This document shows, in pieces, positions 17,465 to 27,146 of a stretch of 64,000 nt of DNA (within the stretch, counting starts at the first letter, position 1; each line of letters opens with the position of its first letter). The stretch comes from Candidatus Eubacterium faecipullorum. Its GTDB lineage: Bacteria > Bacillota > Clostridia > Oscillospirales > Acutalibacteraceae. Under the pieces are notes generated by a model. It was not told where the DNA came from, did no database searches, and worked only from the letters and a program-made list of their open reading frames with translations. A program made the position numbers and the translations under genes. The stretch is from positions 4,227-68,226 of the forward strand of contig DXGE01000024.1 in assembly GCA_019114085.1 (NCBI GenBank). The letters run 5' to 3'.

Positions 17465-19915
17465 TCAGCTGAACGTGTAATAAAACATATTTGCGATGTT
17501 TTCCGGCTGCGCTGCAAATTTCAGCCTGTAAGCGATCCGCTCCGCCTCTGTGTGGGAGGACTTAATGTTGTTCACGCATTTTACGGTTATACGCTTTGCG
17601 TCTATCTTGCTGTCTGCGCAAAGATAGACTGTTTTTTGCTCGCCCGGTATAAGATCAAAGCTGTTGTCCGAAAGCGGCGTGCTTTCGCCTGCAATATCTA
17701 TGAACACACTTCGCGCGTAGGTATTGCTTTCAAGGGTCAGGCTGTTGCCCTGAACGTAGATTCTGATCTTGGCGCGCGCAAGCGCAAGCGTCCTTTCAGG
17801 CGCAAGCACGGCAGTCGTTTCAAATATCCTTTTGCCGTCCTTGTAAAGCTCCGCCATTATAAAGTGCTTTCTTTTGTCATAACCGGCTGTTGAAATAACG
17901 GCGGCTCTTTGAGGCTCTCCGGCTTTTGAATACACGTTCTCAACTGTCTCGTCAAGCGTTTTGCCGTCAAAATCCATGATCTTTGCTTTCACGGTGTAAT
18001 CGCCGCTTTGAAGTGTGTCGTTTAAAAGATAGATTTCCGCCGCCTTGCCGGTGTCGTTTACGGAAAGTGCAACGGGGCTGAAAAATCTTTTCGCGTCATA
18101 CATAAGGGGCTTCCACTTGCCGAAATAGTCTACGGAAGACCAGCTCGGGCAGCCCCAGCAATCGTTAAGCTGCCACCAGAGCGATCCGTTGCACCTGCCC
18201 TTGTTGCGCCTGAAATGCTGCGCGGCGTTGCCCACGCACTGGCTTTGGATAAGCCCCGTAAGATAGATCAGGTCATCGAATCTGTCCGGCTCTTTATATC
18301 TTTCAAGCAGGTAGTATTTCATCTTGGCGTTTCCGCTCAGGCATTTTTGGTGATGCAGCATCGTTTCTGAAAAAAGATTCATCTCGTTTTCATCCGCAAA
18401 CTGCTTTATACAGTCCGTGCTGGGCAGGGATTCCATGCCGTATTCGCTCATAAAGCGCGTGTATCTTTTTGTATAGTATTTCAGGTTCTTGCCGCCGTGC
18501 CAAACATGCCACATATGCGTGTCGCCGCATTTATCGGCAGTTATGTTTTTTCTGAATCCGTCGCCGATCGGCGAAGTTTCAATATACGGCGTAACTCTGT
18601 CGTACTTTCTTATCTCCGTAGGCAGGATATCATAAAAGAATTTTCTGTACCATTTTACGATCTCCGATTCCTTGGGAAGATAGGTGAACATGAATTCTAT
18701 CTCGTTGTTGCCGCACCAAAGCGCAAGGGAGGGGTGGTGCATGATGCGCGAAACGTTGTATTTCACTTCATCAAGCACATTGCCCAAATATGCTTCCTCA
18801 TAAAACGGGTACATCAGACAGGCAAACATAAAATCCTGCCAAACCAGGATGCCGTTTTCGTCGCAGAGATCATACAGCCGGTCGCTGCCGTAGTAACCGC
18901 CGCCCCATATCCTGATCATGTTGAAATTTGCGCCTTTGCAGTCGTCAATGATCTTCTGTTCGGCTTTCTCATCTATCCTGTCCGCCATAGCGTCCGGCGG
19001 GATCACGTTGGCGCCTTTGGCAAAGACCGGTACGCCGTTCAGTATGAATCTGAAGTTGCTGCCGTATTGATCCTTGCTTCGGTCAAGCTTTATGGTGCGA
19101 AGCCCTATGCGCTTTTCAACACTGTCAATTTTTATCGTGTAAAGCGGCTGTCTGTCTTTGCCGGAAAGCTCTTTCGTCCACCAAAGTTCCGGCTCTGTTA
19201 CGGTGATCACCGCAGCGCCGTTTTCAACGTCAAATGTTTCCTGTCTGCCGTCAGGGTGTATCAGCGTGCCGCGGGTGTTTACAGCCGGTTCCGTTGTAAG
19301 CTCAAGTGTAACGGCGCCGTTCTCGTGCTTTTGAAATACGGTAAAATCGCGCGCCTCACCGTCATATGCAAGGATTCTTGTTTTGCCCAAAATGCCTGAT
19401 ACAGGCAGATTTATGCCCCAGTCCCAGCCGAAATGGCATGCGGGCTTTCTGATGTACGGCGCGCCGTCCGTGCCGTTGTTGTTTTTCGGGAGCGGTTTTT
19501 CCTTTTGCCTGTTCGTTATGTACTGAACGGGGGATTCAAAGTGTATTTTTATCTCGTTTTCGCCCTCGTGCAGCACGTCTTTTATATCCTTTTCAAATTT
19601 GATATAAGCATTTTCGGATCTGCCTATGCGTTTTGAATTGATGTATATATCTGCTAACGTGTCCAGCATATCGCAGGATAGAATCACGTTTTTGTGCCCA
19701 AGCAAATCGCTGTCCACGCTGAATCTGCGTGCAAAGCTTTTGCCTGTTTCTGCAAGGCATTGTACGTCGTTTTCGTTTGTGCCGTAAAACGGATCTTTTA
19801 TCTTTCCGGCTTTGTAAAAAGCGTTGAAATCGGTTACGGGCGTGCATGCTTCAACGCTTTCCCCCGTGGAATCAAGCGTTATCTTCCAAACGCCGTCAAG
19901 TGATAATTCTTTCAT
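17465..19915 (-). CDS. beta-mannosidase (glycoside hydrolase family 2)
   Basis: At 816 aa it has NMIRIWGGG, GILVWQDFMFAC and WCGNNE motifs typical of GH2 beta-mannosidases. Confidence 0.9.
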   Translation of the reverse strand: MKELSLDGVWKITLDSTGESVEACTPVTDFNAFYKAGKIKDPFYGTNENDVQCLAETGKSFARRFSVDSDLLGHKNVILSCDMLDTLADIYINSKRIGRSENAYIKFEKDIKDVLHEGENEIKIHFESPVQYITNRQKEKPLPKNNNGTDGAPYIRKPACHFGWDWGINLPVSGILGKTRILAYDGEARDFTVFQKHENGAVTLELTTEPAVNTRGTLIHPDGRQETFDVENGAAVITVTEPELWWTKELSGKDRQPLYTIKIDSVEKRIGLRTIKLDRSKDQYGSNFRFILNGVPVFAKGANVIPPDAMADRIDEKAEQKIIDDCKGANFNMIRIWGGGYYGSDRLYDLCDENGILVWQDFMFACLMYPFYEEAYLGNVLDEVKYNVSRIMHHPSLALWCGNNEIEFMFTYLPKESEIVKWYRKFFYDILPTEIRKYDRVTPYIETSPIGDGFRKNITADKCGDTHMWHVWHGGKNLKYYTKRYTRFMSEYGMESLPSTDCIKQFADENEMNLFSETMLHHQKCLSGNAKMKYYLLERYKEPDRFDDLIYLTGLIQSQCVGNAAQHFRRNKGRCNGSLWWQLNDCWGCPSWSSVDYFGKWKPLMYDAKRFFSPVALSVNDTGKAAEIYLLNDTLQSGDYTVKAKIMDFDGKTLDETVENVYSKAGEPQRAAVISTAGYDKRKHFIMAELYKDGKRIFETTAVLAPERTLALARAKIRIYVQGNSLTLESNTYARSVFIDIAGESTPLSDNSFDLIPGEQKTVYLCADSKIDAKRITVKCVNNIKSSHTEAERIAYRLKFAAQPENIANMFYYTFS

Positions 19916-20012
19916 TTTTTTACCCCTCTGCTTTGTTTTTGGGCGGTAACGCCCTACAGCGTATTAAATTATATCATATTTTGCCCGCTGTAGCAATATT
20001 TGCAATTCATTC

Positions 20013-20041
20013 TTGCTTTTTGCGCCTTGGTGCTATATAAT
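20013..20041 (+). promoter_or_regulatory. sigma-A-like promoter for queT
   Basis: TTGCTT, a 17-nt spacer, then TATAAT. Confidence 0.55.
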
Positions 20042-20070
20042 ACTCTCTGTCAGTTCGCAAAATCCTGACC

Positions 20071-20114
20071 AGTTCCGTTCCATTCGCGGAGCTTCTAAAA
20101 ACAAAACTAAGGAG
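20071..20114 (+). ncRNA. probable preQ1-I riboswitch
   Basis: A 7-bp stem AGUUCCG/CGGAGCU with the 9-nt loop UUCCAUUCG is followed by an A-rich tail UCUAAAAACAAAACUAAGGAG that contains the queT SD. The layout and tail closely resemble the published Thermoanaerobacter preQ1-I aptamer (…AACAAAACAAGG). It sits directly upstream of queT. Confidence 0.6.
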
Positions 20115-20124
20115 AAATTGAATC

Positions 20125-20676
20125 ATGAAAAACAAAAAGCTTATGTTCATCGTGCAGGCGGCGGTGATCGCCGCAATGTACGCCGCGCTTACCTATGCGC
20201 AAAACTTCCTTCTGCCGGGCACCACTTCCGCCGCCGTGCAGTTTCGTGTGTCTGAGGCGCTCAATGTTTTTGCGCTGTTCACGCCCGCCGCAATACCGGG
20301 GCTGACCATCGGTTGTGTGCTGTCGAATATCTATAATATCGGCTCCGGACTGCCGCTCGATATGATCTTCGGTTCTCTCGCAACCCTGCTTGCAACCCTT
20401 GCAATGTATCTGCTGCGCAACGTTAAGCTCAAAGCTTATCCGTTTCTTTCCATGCTTATGCCGGCAGTTTTTAACGGCGTGATCGTTGGCTGGGAGATAG
20501 AAACATTCTTTGTTGAAGGCGATTTCATCTTTGCCGATTTTCTTGTGCAGGGCGGTCTTGTTGCCCTTGGGGAGCTTGGTGTGATGCTTGTTCTCGGCAC
20601 GGTGCTTTACTTCCTATTCGTAAAGCGCGGGCTTGATAAAAAGCTGTTTTCGCCGGCGGCAAAACTGTCCGCATAA
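20125..20676 (+). CDS. queT: queuosine-precursor ECF transporter S component
   Basis: At 183 aa it contains AAMYAALTYAQNFLLPG...VQFRVSEALNVFALF, typical of the QueT family. Confidence 0.85.
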   Translation: MKNKKLMFIVQAAVIAAMYAALTYAQNFLLPGTTSAAVQFRVSEALNVFALFTPAAIPGLTIGCVLSNIYNIGSGLPLDMIFGSLATLLATLAMYLLRNVKLKAYPFLSMLMPAVFNGVIVGWEIETFFVEGDFIFADFLVQGGLVALGELGVMLVLGTVLYFLFVKRGLDKKLFSPAAKLSA

Positions 20677-20700
20677 TAAATTTAATATTCTGATTTTGCA

Positions 20701-20737
20701 AACAACCGGGCTGCAACTGTGCAGCCCGGTTGTTTTT
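20701..20737. terminator. bidirectional intrinsic terminator
   Basis: A 15-bp perfect stem AACAACCGGGCTGCA/TGCAGCCCGGTTGTT with loop ACTG, followed by TTT. Confidence 0.85.
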
Positions 20738-20739
20738 CG

Positions 20740-21108
20740 TTACAGTATATTAGAAAAATTTATTCTTGAATGCTCATATACCTGCAATATTTCGCTTTTC
20801 GCTTCTATCAGCGCTTCGTTCGTATCCTCTTCGTTCAGATCGTTCAGGTCGCCAAGCGTGCCGATAGAGATTTCCGCGCTGTGCAGAATCGCGTGGTCGG
20901 TAGTGTACGTAGCTTTTCGGTCAAAATCTTCCCAAAGTTTTTCTATCTCGGCGCATTGTTCTTTTTTCGTGTCAAGGTCATGCTCGTCTATAGCAACGTC
21001 TATGCGCTCTATGATCTCCCTGCATTCGCCGTAGACCACAAATTGTTCAAACGCGCAAAGTGAAAACGCAATTAAAATAAACGCCGCTGAAAACCAAAGC
21101 CGTTTCAT
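20740..21108 (-). CDS. DUF4363 family protein
   Basis: At 122 aa it has an N-terminal signal/anchor and a helical acidic body. It shows the typical pairing immediately downstream of a DUF421 gene. Confidence 0.7.
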   Translation of the reverse strand: MKRLWFSAAFILIAFSLCAFEQFVVYGECREIIERIDVAIDEHDLDTKKEQCAEIEKLWEDFDRKATYTTDHAILHSAEISIGTLGDLNDLNEEDTNEALIEAKSEILQVYEHSRINFSNIL

Positions 21109-21783
21109 TTATTTGTCCCTCTTTTCAATCATATTTACTTTCCCGCAGTCGTCTATCGTCAGCAGCAGGATATCTTCCATCCTTTTGCCGCTGTCCGCCA
21201 CAAGCAGTTCTATTTCGCTTTTCTTTATCTTGTTTTGGCCAAAGTATTCGTCAACGGGTTTTCCGTCTATGATGACTGGAACCGCCGTGGAGTTTTCCTC
21301 AACCTCCAGCTTAAGCTGTTTCGGCGTTACACTGCCGTATTCGGCTTTCGGCAAAACGGAAACGGTGCCGTTCGTTTCAACAACGGCGTCCTGCACCTCG
21401 GATATGTCAAAAAATCCTTTTTCGCGCAGCGCGTCCGTCAGGTCGTCAACGGTCAGCCTAAGTCTTTTCAGCTGCTTTTCGTCAAGCTTTCCGTTTTTTA
21501 TAACGAATATTGGCTTGCCCTGAATCAAATTTCTGAATCCAAGGCTTTTCATGGAAAGCGCGGATACGATGATCTCCAGGGATACGAATATCAGTATCGG
21601 AATAATCATGTTTGCAAGCGGCATGGAATTATCCTGCAGCGGGATGATGGCCACCTGTGAAACCAGTATCGTTATAACAAGCTCATGCGGCGTCATTTCT
21701 CCGATCTGCCTTTTTCCCATAACGCGCAGCGCTATGATTACCGCAACATAAATGATAACGGCTCTTATAAAAACTATACTCAT
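21109..21783 (-). CDS. DUF421 (YetF-like) membrane protein
   Basis: It has LRVMGKRQIGEMTPHELV and a C-terminal DUF421 fold region. The start is set at MSIVF, preceded by GGTGAT. The ORF is open to 21819. Confidence 0.8.
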   Translation of the reverse strand: MSIVFIRAVIIYVAVIIALRVMGKRQIGEMTPHELVITILVSQVAIIPLQDNSMPLANMIIPILIFVSLEIIVSALSMKSLGFRNLIQGKPIFVIKNGKLDEKQLKRLRLTVDDLTDALREKGFFDISEVQDAVVETNGTVSVLPKAEYGSVTPKQLKLEVEENSTAVPVIIDGKPVDEYFGQNKIKKSEIELLVADSGKRMEDILLLTIDDCGKVNMIEKRDK

Positions 21784-21860
21784 CTGAATCACCGCAATTA
21801 TTTTTTGCATAAGTTTCACAAATATAGAAAAAATACTTGTAGAAATTTTTTGGTGATTTT

Positions 21861-23318
21861 ATGGAAAAAATATTTGCTTCGATCATAGATAATAAAAACC
21901 GAATCGAAAGGGATTATAAGGACTGCTCTGATTTCCTGCTGCGCGAGATAAATGTCTGCGGCACAAGATGTATCGTATGCGTGCTGGACGGTATGATAAA
22001 TTCCCTTATGCTTTCCCAGATGATCATGAGCCCTATTTTGAATCATGATTTTGAAAGCGAAAACCCGTGCGATTTTTTTGAAGAGATAAAGCTGAAGGTA
22101 GTAAATGCGCTCGAAATGAGCGAGTGCGAAAATTTTGATGACGTTTATTTTTACCTTTCCTCCGGCTTTGCGGCCGTGTTTGTAAACGGCGTTTCAAAAG
22201 CGCTGGTCATGGGTATACAGGGCTTTGAAAAACGTAAAACAGAGGAGCCGTCAAACGAATCAAATATTAAAGGCGCAAAAGAGTGTTTTACGGAAACGCT
22301 TAACGATAATAAAGCGGTGCTTCACCGCAGGATAAAATCGCCCAAGCTAAAAATGAAGCAGTTTAAGATAGGAAATGAAGTCAAGACCTCCGTCGCGGTT
22401 TGTTATATAAAAGACGTTGCGGATATGCGCCTCGTGGCGGATGTGGAAAACAGGATACTCAGCGCGCCGGTTGACGATCTTTGCGATTACGGCGAGCTGG
22501 CAGAATTTTTAGACAGCGATATCAAATCCTATTTTACGGCAGTCGGCAATACGGAGCGCCCGGATACGCTTTGCTCAAAGCTCAGCGAGGGCAGGGTGGC
22601 GGTGCTTGTGGACGGATCGCCTTACGCCGTTTATGTGCCGTATCTCTTTACGGATTCTTTTTCCACGGTGGACGATTATAATAACCGCCCGTTCTACGCC
22701 ACGTTCAACAGACTGCTCAAATATTTTTCGTTTGTTATTTCTGCTTTGCTCCCCGGTTTCTATGTGGCTGTGGGAACGTATCATCAGGAGCTTTTGCCCG
22801 CGTCGCTCATGTATACGGTTGCGGCGGCGGAGGCGTCCACGCCGTTTTCGCTTATGCAGGAAGCGGTAATGGTTCTGATATTGTATGAGATCATGCGGGA
22901 GGCAGGTCTGCGCCTGCCTAAAACCATAGGTCACGCCGTTTCCATAATAGGCGCTCTCGTTATCGGCGACGCAGTTGTAAACGCCGGGCTTGTGGGTGCG
23001 CCCATGCTGGTCGTTGTAGCCGTTACCGCCATTGCGTCTTACGTTATCTATCCGCTGTACGAAAGCATTTCCGTGCTGCGGATCGTATTTATACTCTTGG
23101 GCGGATCCACGGGGATATACGGCGTTATGCTGGGCGTGTGTGCGCTCTGCGTCAATGTGACTTCGCTTAACCCTTACGGCGTGCCCTATTCGTCACCGAT
23201 CTCGCCGTTCAGCAGGAAGAGCGTTGCGGATACGTTTTACCGTGCAGGGTGGAAAAAACTGATAAGGCGAAACGTTAGGGTGCAGAATTTAAGGGGTGCC
23301 GATATAGACGATGATTAA
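21861..23318 (+). CDS. spore germination protein, GerA family A subunit
   Basis: The 485-aa GerAA/GerKA-like architecture has a soluble N-domain followed by TM helices. Confidence 0.9.
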   Translation: MEKIFASIIDNKNRIERDYKDCSDFLLREINVCGTRCIVCVLDGMINSLMLSQMIMSPILNHDFESENPCDFFEEIKLKVVNALEMSECENFDDVYFYLSSGFAAVFVNGVSKALVMGIQGFEKRKTEEPSNESNIKGAKECFTETLNDNKAVLHRRIKSPKLKMKQFKIGNEVKTSVAVCYIKDVADMRLVADVENRILSAPVDDLCDYGELAEFLDSDIKSYFTAVGNTERPDTLCSKLSEGRVAVLVDGSPYAVYVPYLFTDSFSTVDDYNNRPFYATFNRLLKYFSFVISALLPGFYVAVGTYHQELLPASLMYTVAAAEASTPFSLMQEAVMVLILYEIMREAGLRLPKTIGHAVSIIGALVIGDAVVNAGLVGAPMLVVVAVTAIASYVIYPLYESISVLRIVFILLGGSTGIYGVMLGVCALCVNVTSLNPYGVPYSSPISPFSRKSVADTFYRAGWKKLIRRNVRVQNLRGADIDDD

Positions 23319-24357
23319 ATATAAACGAGATAAAACGGCGCCGCTCAATCTGTTTTTTATGCTTTTCGTGAGCCGCAGCGTGATCGCTTTTACATTCAGC
23401 AGCGCGGCGCTCGAAAGCCGTTATTCCTTTGATCTTGTTTACAGTACTTTGGCAGCTCTTGCCGTAACGGCTGTGATCGCGCTGCCCGCTGTGCTTTGCG
23501 TGGCAAAAGGCAAATGCGTGCTTGATAATAAGATCCTGGGCGCGCTGTACGGGCTGTATTTCATATTCTCCGGCGCAATAAATGTGTCAAAATTCGCCGT
23601 GTTTGCTTCCGCAGAGCTGAGCCAAAGCGCTATAATCGCCGTCCTTGCCGGGCTCATGATACTTGCCGGTGCGTATGCGGCGTCGCTCGGTATAGAGGCA
23701 ATATCGCGTTTCGGTTCCATGGCCTTTGTCCTTACTTTGATCAGTATCGTTGCGTTGATCGCCTTAGGCTCCGGCGAGTTTTCCTATCTGAATATTTTTC
23801 CGATAACGCAAAATCCCATAGACAGCGTTGCACAGAATATGCTTTTTTCCGTTTGCAGCACAAATGAGATCGTGCTTTATATAGCGCTGGCGCCCAAGAT
23901 AAACGGTAAAACGGTAAAACCGTTTTATCTTTCGCAGATCGCGGCTTATTTCACCGCTGCGCTGCTTATCGCGTTTACGGTGGGCGTCTTGGGCGATACG
24001 GCGTCTCTGAGCGCGTATCCGCTTTTTGAGGTGGCGCAGCTTTCAAAGCTCGGTTCGGGCGAAAGACTGGAAGTCATATATACTTCGCTTTGGATCTTTG
24101 CCGTCTTTTTGAAAGTCACATTGTTTATCTACTGTGCCGGCCTGTCCTTTAAGTGCAAAAGGCCGATCGTAAAGATATCCGCCTGTGCGGCGGGCGTGCT
24201 GATACTGAGTCTTATCTTTCTTTATACAAGCGCTTTTGATAAAAATCAGCAGCTTGTGCTCTATCCTGCATTTGCGGTGTTTGCCTTCATTCTGCCGCTA
24301 TTCTATCTTATTTTCGGCAAAAGGGTGAAAAACAGTGAAAATATCTCGCATAATTAA
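23311..24357 (+). CDS. spore germination protein, GerAB-type permease subunit
   Basis: A 348-aa polytopic membrane protein that overlaps the gerA-subunit stop. Confidence 0.8.
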   Translation: MIKYKRDKTAPLNLFFMLFVSRSVIAFTFSSAALESRYSFDLVYSTLAALAVTAVIALPAVLCVAKGKCVLDNKILGALYGLYFIFSGAINVSKFAVFASAELSQSAIIAVLAGLMILAGAYAASLGIEAISRFGSMAFVLTLISIVALIALGSGEFSYLNIFPITQNPIDSVAQNMLFSVCSTNEIVLYIALAPKINGKTVKPFYLSQIAAYFTAALLIAFTVGVLGDTASLSAYPLFEVAQLSKLGSGERLEVIYTSLWIFAVFLKVTLFIYCAGLSFKCKRPIVKISACAAGVLILSLIFLYTSAFDKNQQLVLYPAFAVFAFILPLFYLIFGKRVKNSENISHN

Positions 24358-25465
24358 GATCTTCACGTGCGTTTTCCTTTCAGGCATCTTGCTCAGCGGC
24401 TGCGCGGGCAACGAAAATCTGAAAGATCTCAGCGTTGTGGAGGGAATGGGTATAGACCGTAATGAAGACAGTGTTACCGTTATCGTGCAAAGTCTTAATC
24501 TTTCTAAAGAGGGAAGCGGCGCGGAGGCGCTTTCCGGCAATATAACCATGAACGAGCAGGGCGGTGGGGCAAATATTTCCGACGCCGTTCAGACTGCCGG
24601 TCAGGGCATGTCCAAAAAGCTCTTTTTCGGGCAGAACAAGCTTTTGGTGCTCGGCTGGGACTATGCGGGCAACGATCTTCAAGACTGCTTTGATTATCTG
24701 ATACGCAATCCCGACTCGCGCCCGGACGTTGCGGTGTGTATCTCTTCCTCCACTGCCGATGAAGCGCTGTCCAGCAGCATCGGAGGCGCGCTGGTGCCCT
24801 CTCAGGCAATTACCGAACTGCTTTATAACGGTGAGCATAACGGTTTTGCAGCATATGTGACAGTAAACGAAATGCTCAATCTTTATAAAGATAAGACCTC
24901 GGATATCTATTTGCCCGTTGTGACCGCCTCGGAAAACAGCGCGGTCGTATCCGGCATCGCCGTTTTTAATTCCACGCATCTTGCCGCTGTTTTACCGCAG
25001 GAGCAGATACTCGGCTTCCTGCTGCTGAGCGATAAAACGGAACAGTGTTTTTTTGAGTTTGAGAGCGATCCGTTCGGCAGCGCGGGGGCAAAGCTTTCGG
25101 ATATCACAACAAAAGCGCGCACACGCTATGCGGATCAAACGGTTGTTTACAGCGTGGAGATAAACGCCACGCTTTCTGTTGAGGAACTGGAAGGCGGCGA
25201 TCTCGGCAGCCTGACGCAGCAGGATCTTCAAAATGTTGCAAAGCAGGCGCAAGAGGAACTTGAGGGTAGGTGCCGCAGTGTTTTTGCCGCCTGTGTTCAA
25301 AATAAAAGCGACTGCCTGCGTATAGGCGAGCGCCTTGCGGCAGACTGCCCGTCCGTATACAGCTCTCTCAGCACCGATTGGGCGGAGCAGCTTGGCAAGA
25401 TCCGCTTTGAAATCAGCTGTTCTCTTAAACTTGAAAAAGTCAATGAAAACGCAAACAGGTATTGA
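24335..25465 (+). CDS. Ger(x)C family germination lipoprotein
   Basis: A signal peptide with lipobox LLSGC is followed by DLSVVEGMGID, typical of GerAC-type proteins. Confidence 0.9.
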   Translation: MKISRIIKIFTCVFLSGILLSGCAGNENLKDLSVVEGMGIDRNEDSVTVIVQSLNLSKEGSGAEALSGNITMNEQGGGANISDAVQTAGQGMSKKLFFGQNKLLVLGWDYAGNDLQDCFDYLIRNPDSRPDVAVCISSSTADEALSSSIGGALVPSQAITELLYNGEHNGFAAYVTVNEMLNLYKDKTSDIYLPVVTASENSAVVSGIAVFNSTHLAAVLPQEQILGFLLLSDKTEQCFFEFESDPFGSAGAKLSDITTKARTRYADQTVVYSVEINATLSVEELEGGDLGSLTQQDLQNVAKQAQEELEGRCRSVFAACVQNKSDCLRIGERLAADCPSVYSSLSTDWAEQLGKIRFEISCSLKLEKVNENANRY

Positions 25466-25494
25466 CGCGGTATCGCAATCCGCCGTTTGCCGCT

Positions 25495-25632
25495 TTATGC
25501 CTGCGCTTCGCTGCTGAACAGCGTGGCAAGCTCGCTTGTGTCGTTTTCCTGCCCGGTGTTGATGCACGCTGCGGCGGGAACGGCAAGCGATAGCACAAAA
25601 AGCACAATAAAAATTACTGCCGCTTTCTTCAT
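25495..25632 (-). CDS. 45-aa secreted or lipid-anchored small peptide (not in ORF track)
   Basis: The minus strand reads CAAGGAGGGGTAAAA then ATG. The product is MKKAAVIFIVLFVLSLAVPAAACINTGQENDTSELATLFSSEAQA, a classic signal peptide with an AAA-C cleavage or lipobox-like site. Confidence 0.55.
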   Translation of the reverse strand: MKKAAVIFIVLFVLSLAVPAAACINTGQENDTSELATLFSSEAQA

Positions 25633-25699
25633 TTTTACCCCTCCTTGACTTTATATCTTATTATATTGTATAATAGACCTTAGATTTTTATGACATCTT

Positions 25700-25754
25700 A
25701 AGCTGACGGGAATCGAACACAATATGGTTTTAAGCGGCTGATTCCCGGAAGCGT
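25700..25754. repeat. palindromic repeat element, family 2, copy A (degenerate termini)
   Basis: It matches the reverse complement of 35435-35489 across ~55 nt, including the core ACACAATATGGTTTTAA. Confidence 0.7.
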
Positions 25755-25775
25755 AGGATATAAAGGAGTGATAAA

Positions 25776-27146
25776 ATGTCATCAAAATACATTTCACCCA
25801 TTTCTATGGACGCAATTTCAAAGCTCTGCGGCGAGCTTGAAAAAAATAATTCCATACGCCCCTCCGATTTTGAAAGGTACCATGTTAAAAGGGGTTTAAG
25901 AAATGAGGACGGCACCGGCGTTATGGCCGGCCTTACACGTATCTGCTCCGTAGAGGGCTATTATATTCTGGACGGCGAAAAGGTTGCAAAAGAAGGCAAG
26001 CTTTCCTACCGCGGATACGATATAGAGGACATCGTTAAAAACTGCGTTGCGGAAAACCGCTTCGGTTTTGAAGAGGTCATATGGCTCCTCCTTTTCGGCG
26101 AGCTTCCCACCCCTGCGCAGCTCAACTCGCTTTATGAAGTGATTGACGTATGCCGCTTTCTGCCGGATGATTTTATTGAGGATATGATGATTAAAAATCC
26201 ATCAAAGGATATTATGAATAAGCTTGCCCGCTGTATTTTGGGCCTTTATTCCTATGATGAAAATCCGGATGATATTTCGGTTCAGAACGTGCTTCGCCAA
26301 AGCCTGCAGCTCATTGCGCAGTTCCCAACCATATTAACGGTTGCCTATCAGGTAAAAAGAAGGGCGTTTTACGGCAAAACGATGTTTCTGCATCCCATCA
26401 AACGCGGGCTTTCAACCGCTCAGTACATACTGCGTCAAACAAGGCCGGATAAGCAATATACTGACGAAGAGGCAAAGCTGCTTGATATTATCCTTATGCT
26501 TCACGCGGATCACGGCGGCGGTAACAACTCCACGTTTGCCACAAGAGTGCTCACCTCCAGCGGCACGGATACGTATTCGGCGATTGCCGCAGGTATAGGC
26601 TCGCTCAAAGGCCCGCGCCACGGCGGTGCAAATGTTAAAACAACCAATATGATGTATGAGATAATGGAGAACGTGCCGGATTCAACAGATGAAGCGCAGG
26701 TGAAAGATTATCTTGTAAAGATACTCAATAAAGAGGCGGGAGACGGCCTCGGTCTTATATACGGTATGGGTCATGCCGTATACACCATTTCCGACCCGCG
26801 CGCCGTTATCCTTAAAAACAGCGCAAGAGAGCTTGCTTATCAGGCGGGCTTTGAAAAGGAATTCAAGACCCTTGAAAATATTGAAAAGGTAACTCCGGAT
26901 CTGCTGCACGAACTAAAGAAAGATGATAAAGAGATATGCGCCAACGTAGATCTGTATTCCGGGCTTTGCTATAAAGTGCTTGGTATACCGGAAGATCTGT
27001 TTACACCGCTTTTCGCAGGTTCAAGAATTGTAGGCTGGTGTGCGCACCGCCTTGAAGAGCTTACCTCCAGCAAGCGCATCATCCGCCCCGCGTACAAGAG
27101 CGTTTCGCAAAGAAGAGATTATATGCCGCTGGATAAGAGAAAGTGA
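25776..27146 (+). CDS. citrate synthase
   Basis: A 456-aa member of the citrate/2-methylcitrate synthase family (LHADHGGGNNSTF, GPRHGGAN, GMGHAVY). Confidence 0.9.
   Translation: MSSKYISPISMDAISKLCGELEKNNSIRPSDFERYHVKRGLRNEDGTGVMAGLTRICSVEGYYILDGEKVAKEGKLSYRGYDIEDIVKNCVAENRFGFEEVIWLLLFGELPTPAQLNSLYEVIDVCRFLPDDFIEDMMIKNPSKDIMNKLARCILGLYSYDENPDDISVQNVLRQSLQLIAQFPTILTVAYQVKRRAFYGKTMFLHPIKRGLSTAQYILRQTRPDKQYTDEEAKLLDIILMLHADHGGGNNSTFATRVLTSSGTDTYSAIAAGIGSLKGPRHGGANVKTTNMMYEIMENVPDSTDEAQVKDYLVKILNKEAGDGLGLIYGMGHAVYTISDPRAVILKNSARELAYQAGFEKEFKTLENIEKVTPDLLHELKKDDKEICANVDLYSGLCYKVLGIPEDLFTPLFAGSRIVGWCAHRLEELTSSKRIIRPAYKSVSQRRDYMPLDKRK

Noticed and set aside
20050-20070. The first queT-leader hairpin as an independent second riboswitch aptamer.
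   Set aside because: It lacks the A-rich ACUA-type tail needed for a preQ1-I pseudoknot. It is mentioned only as context within the queT leader finding.
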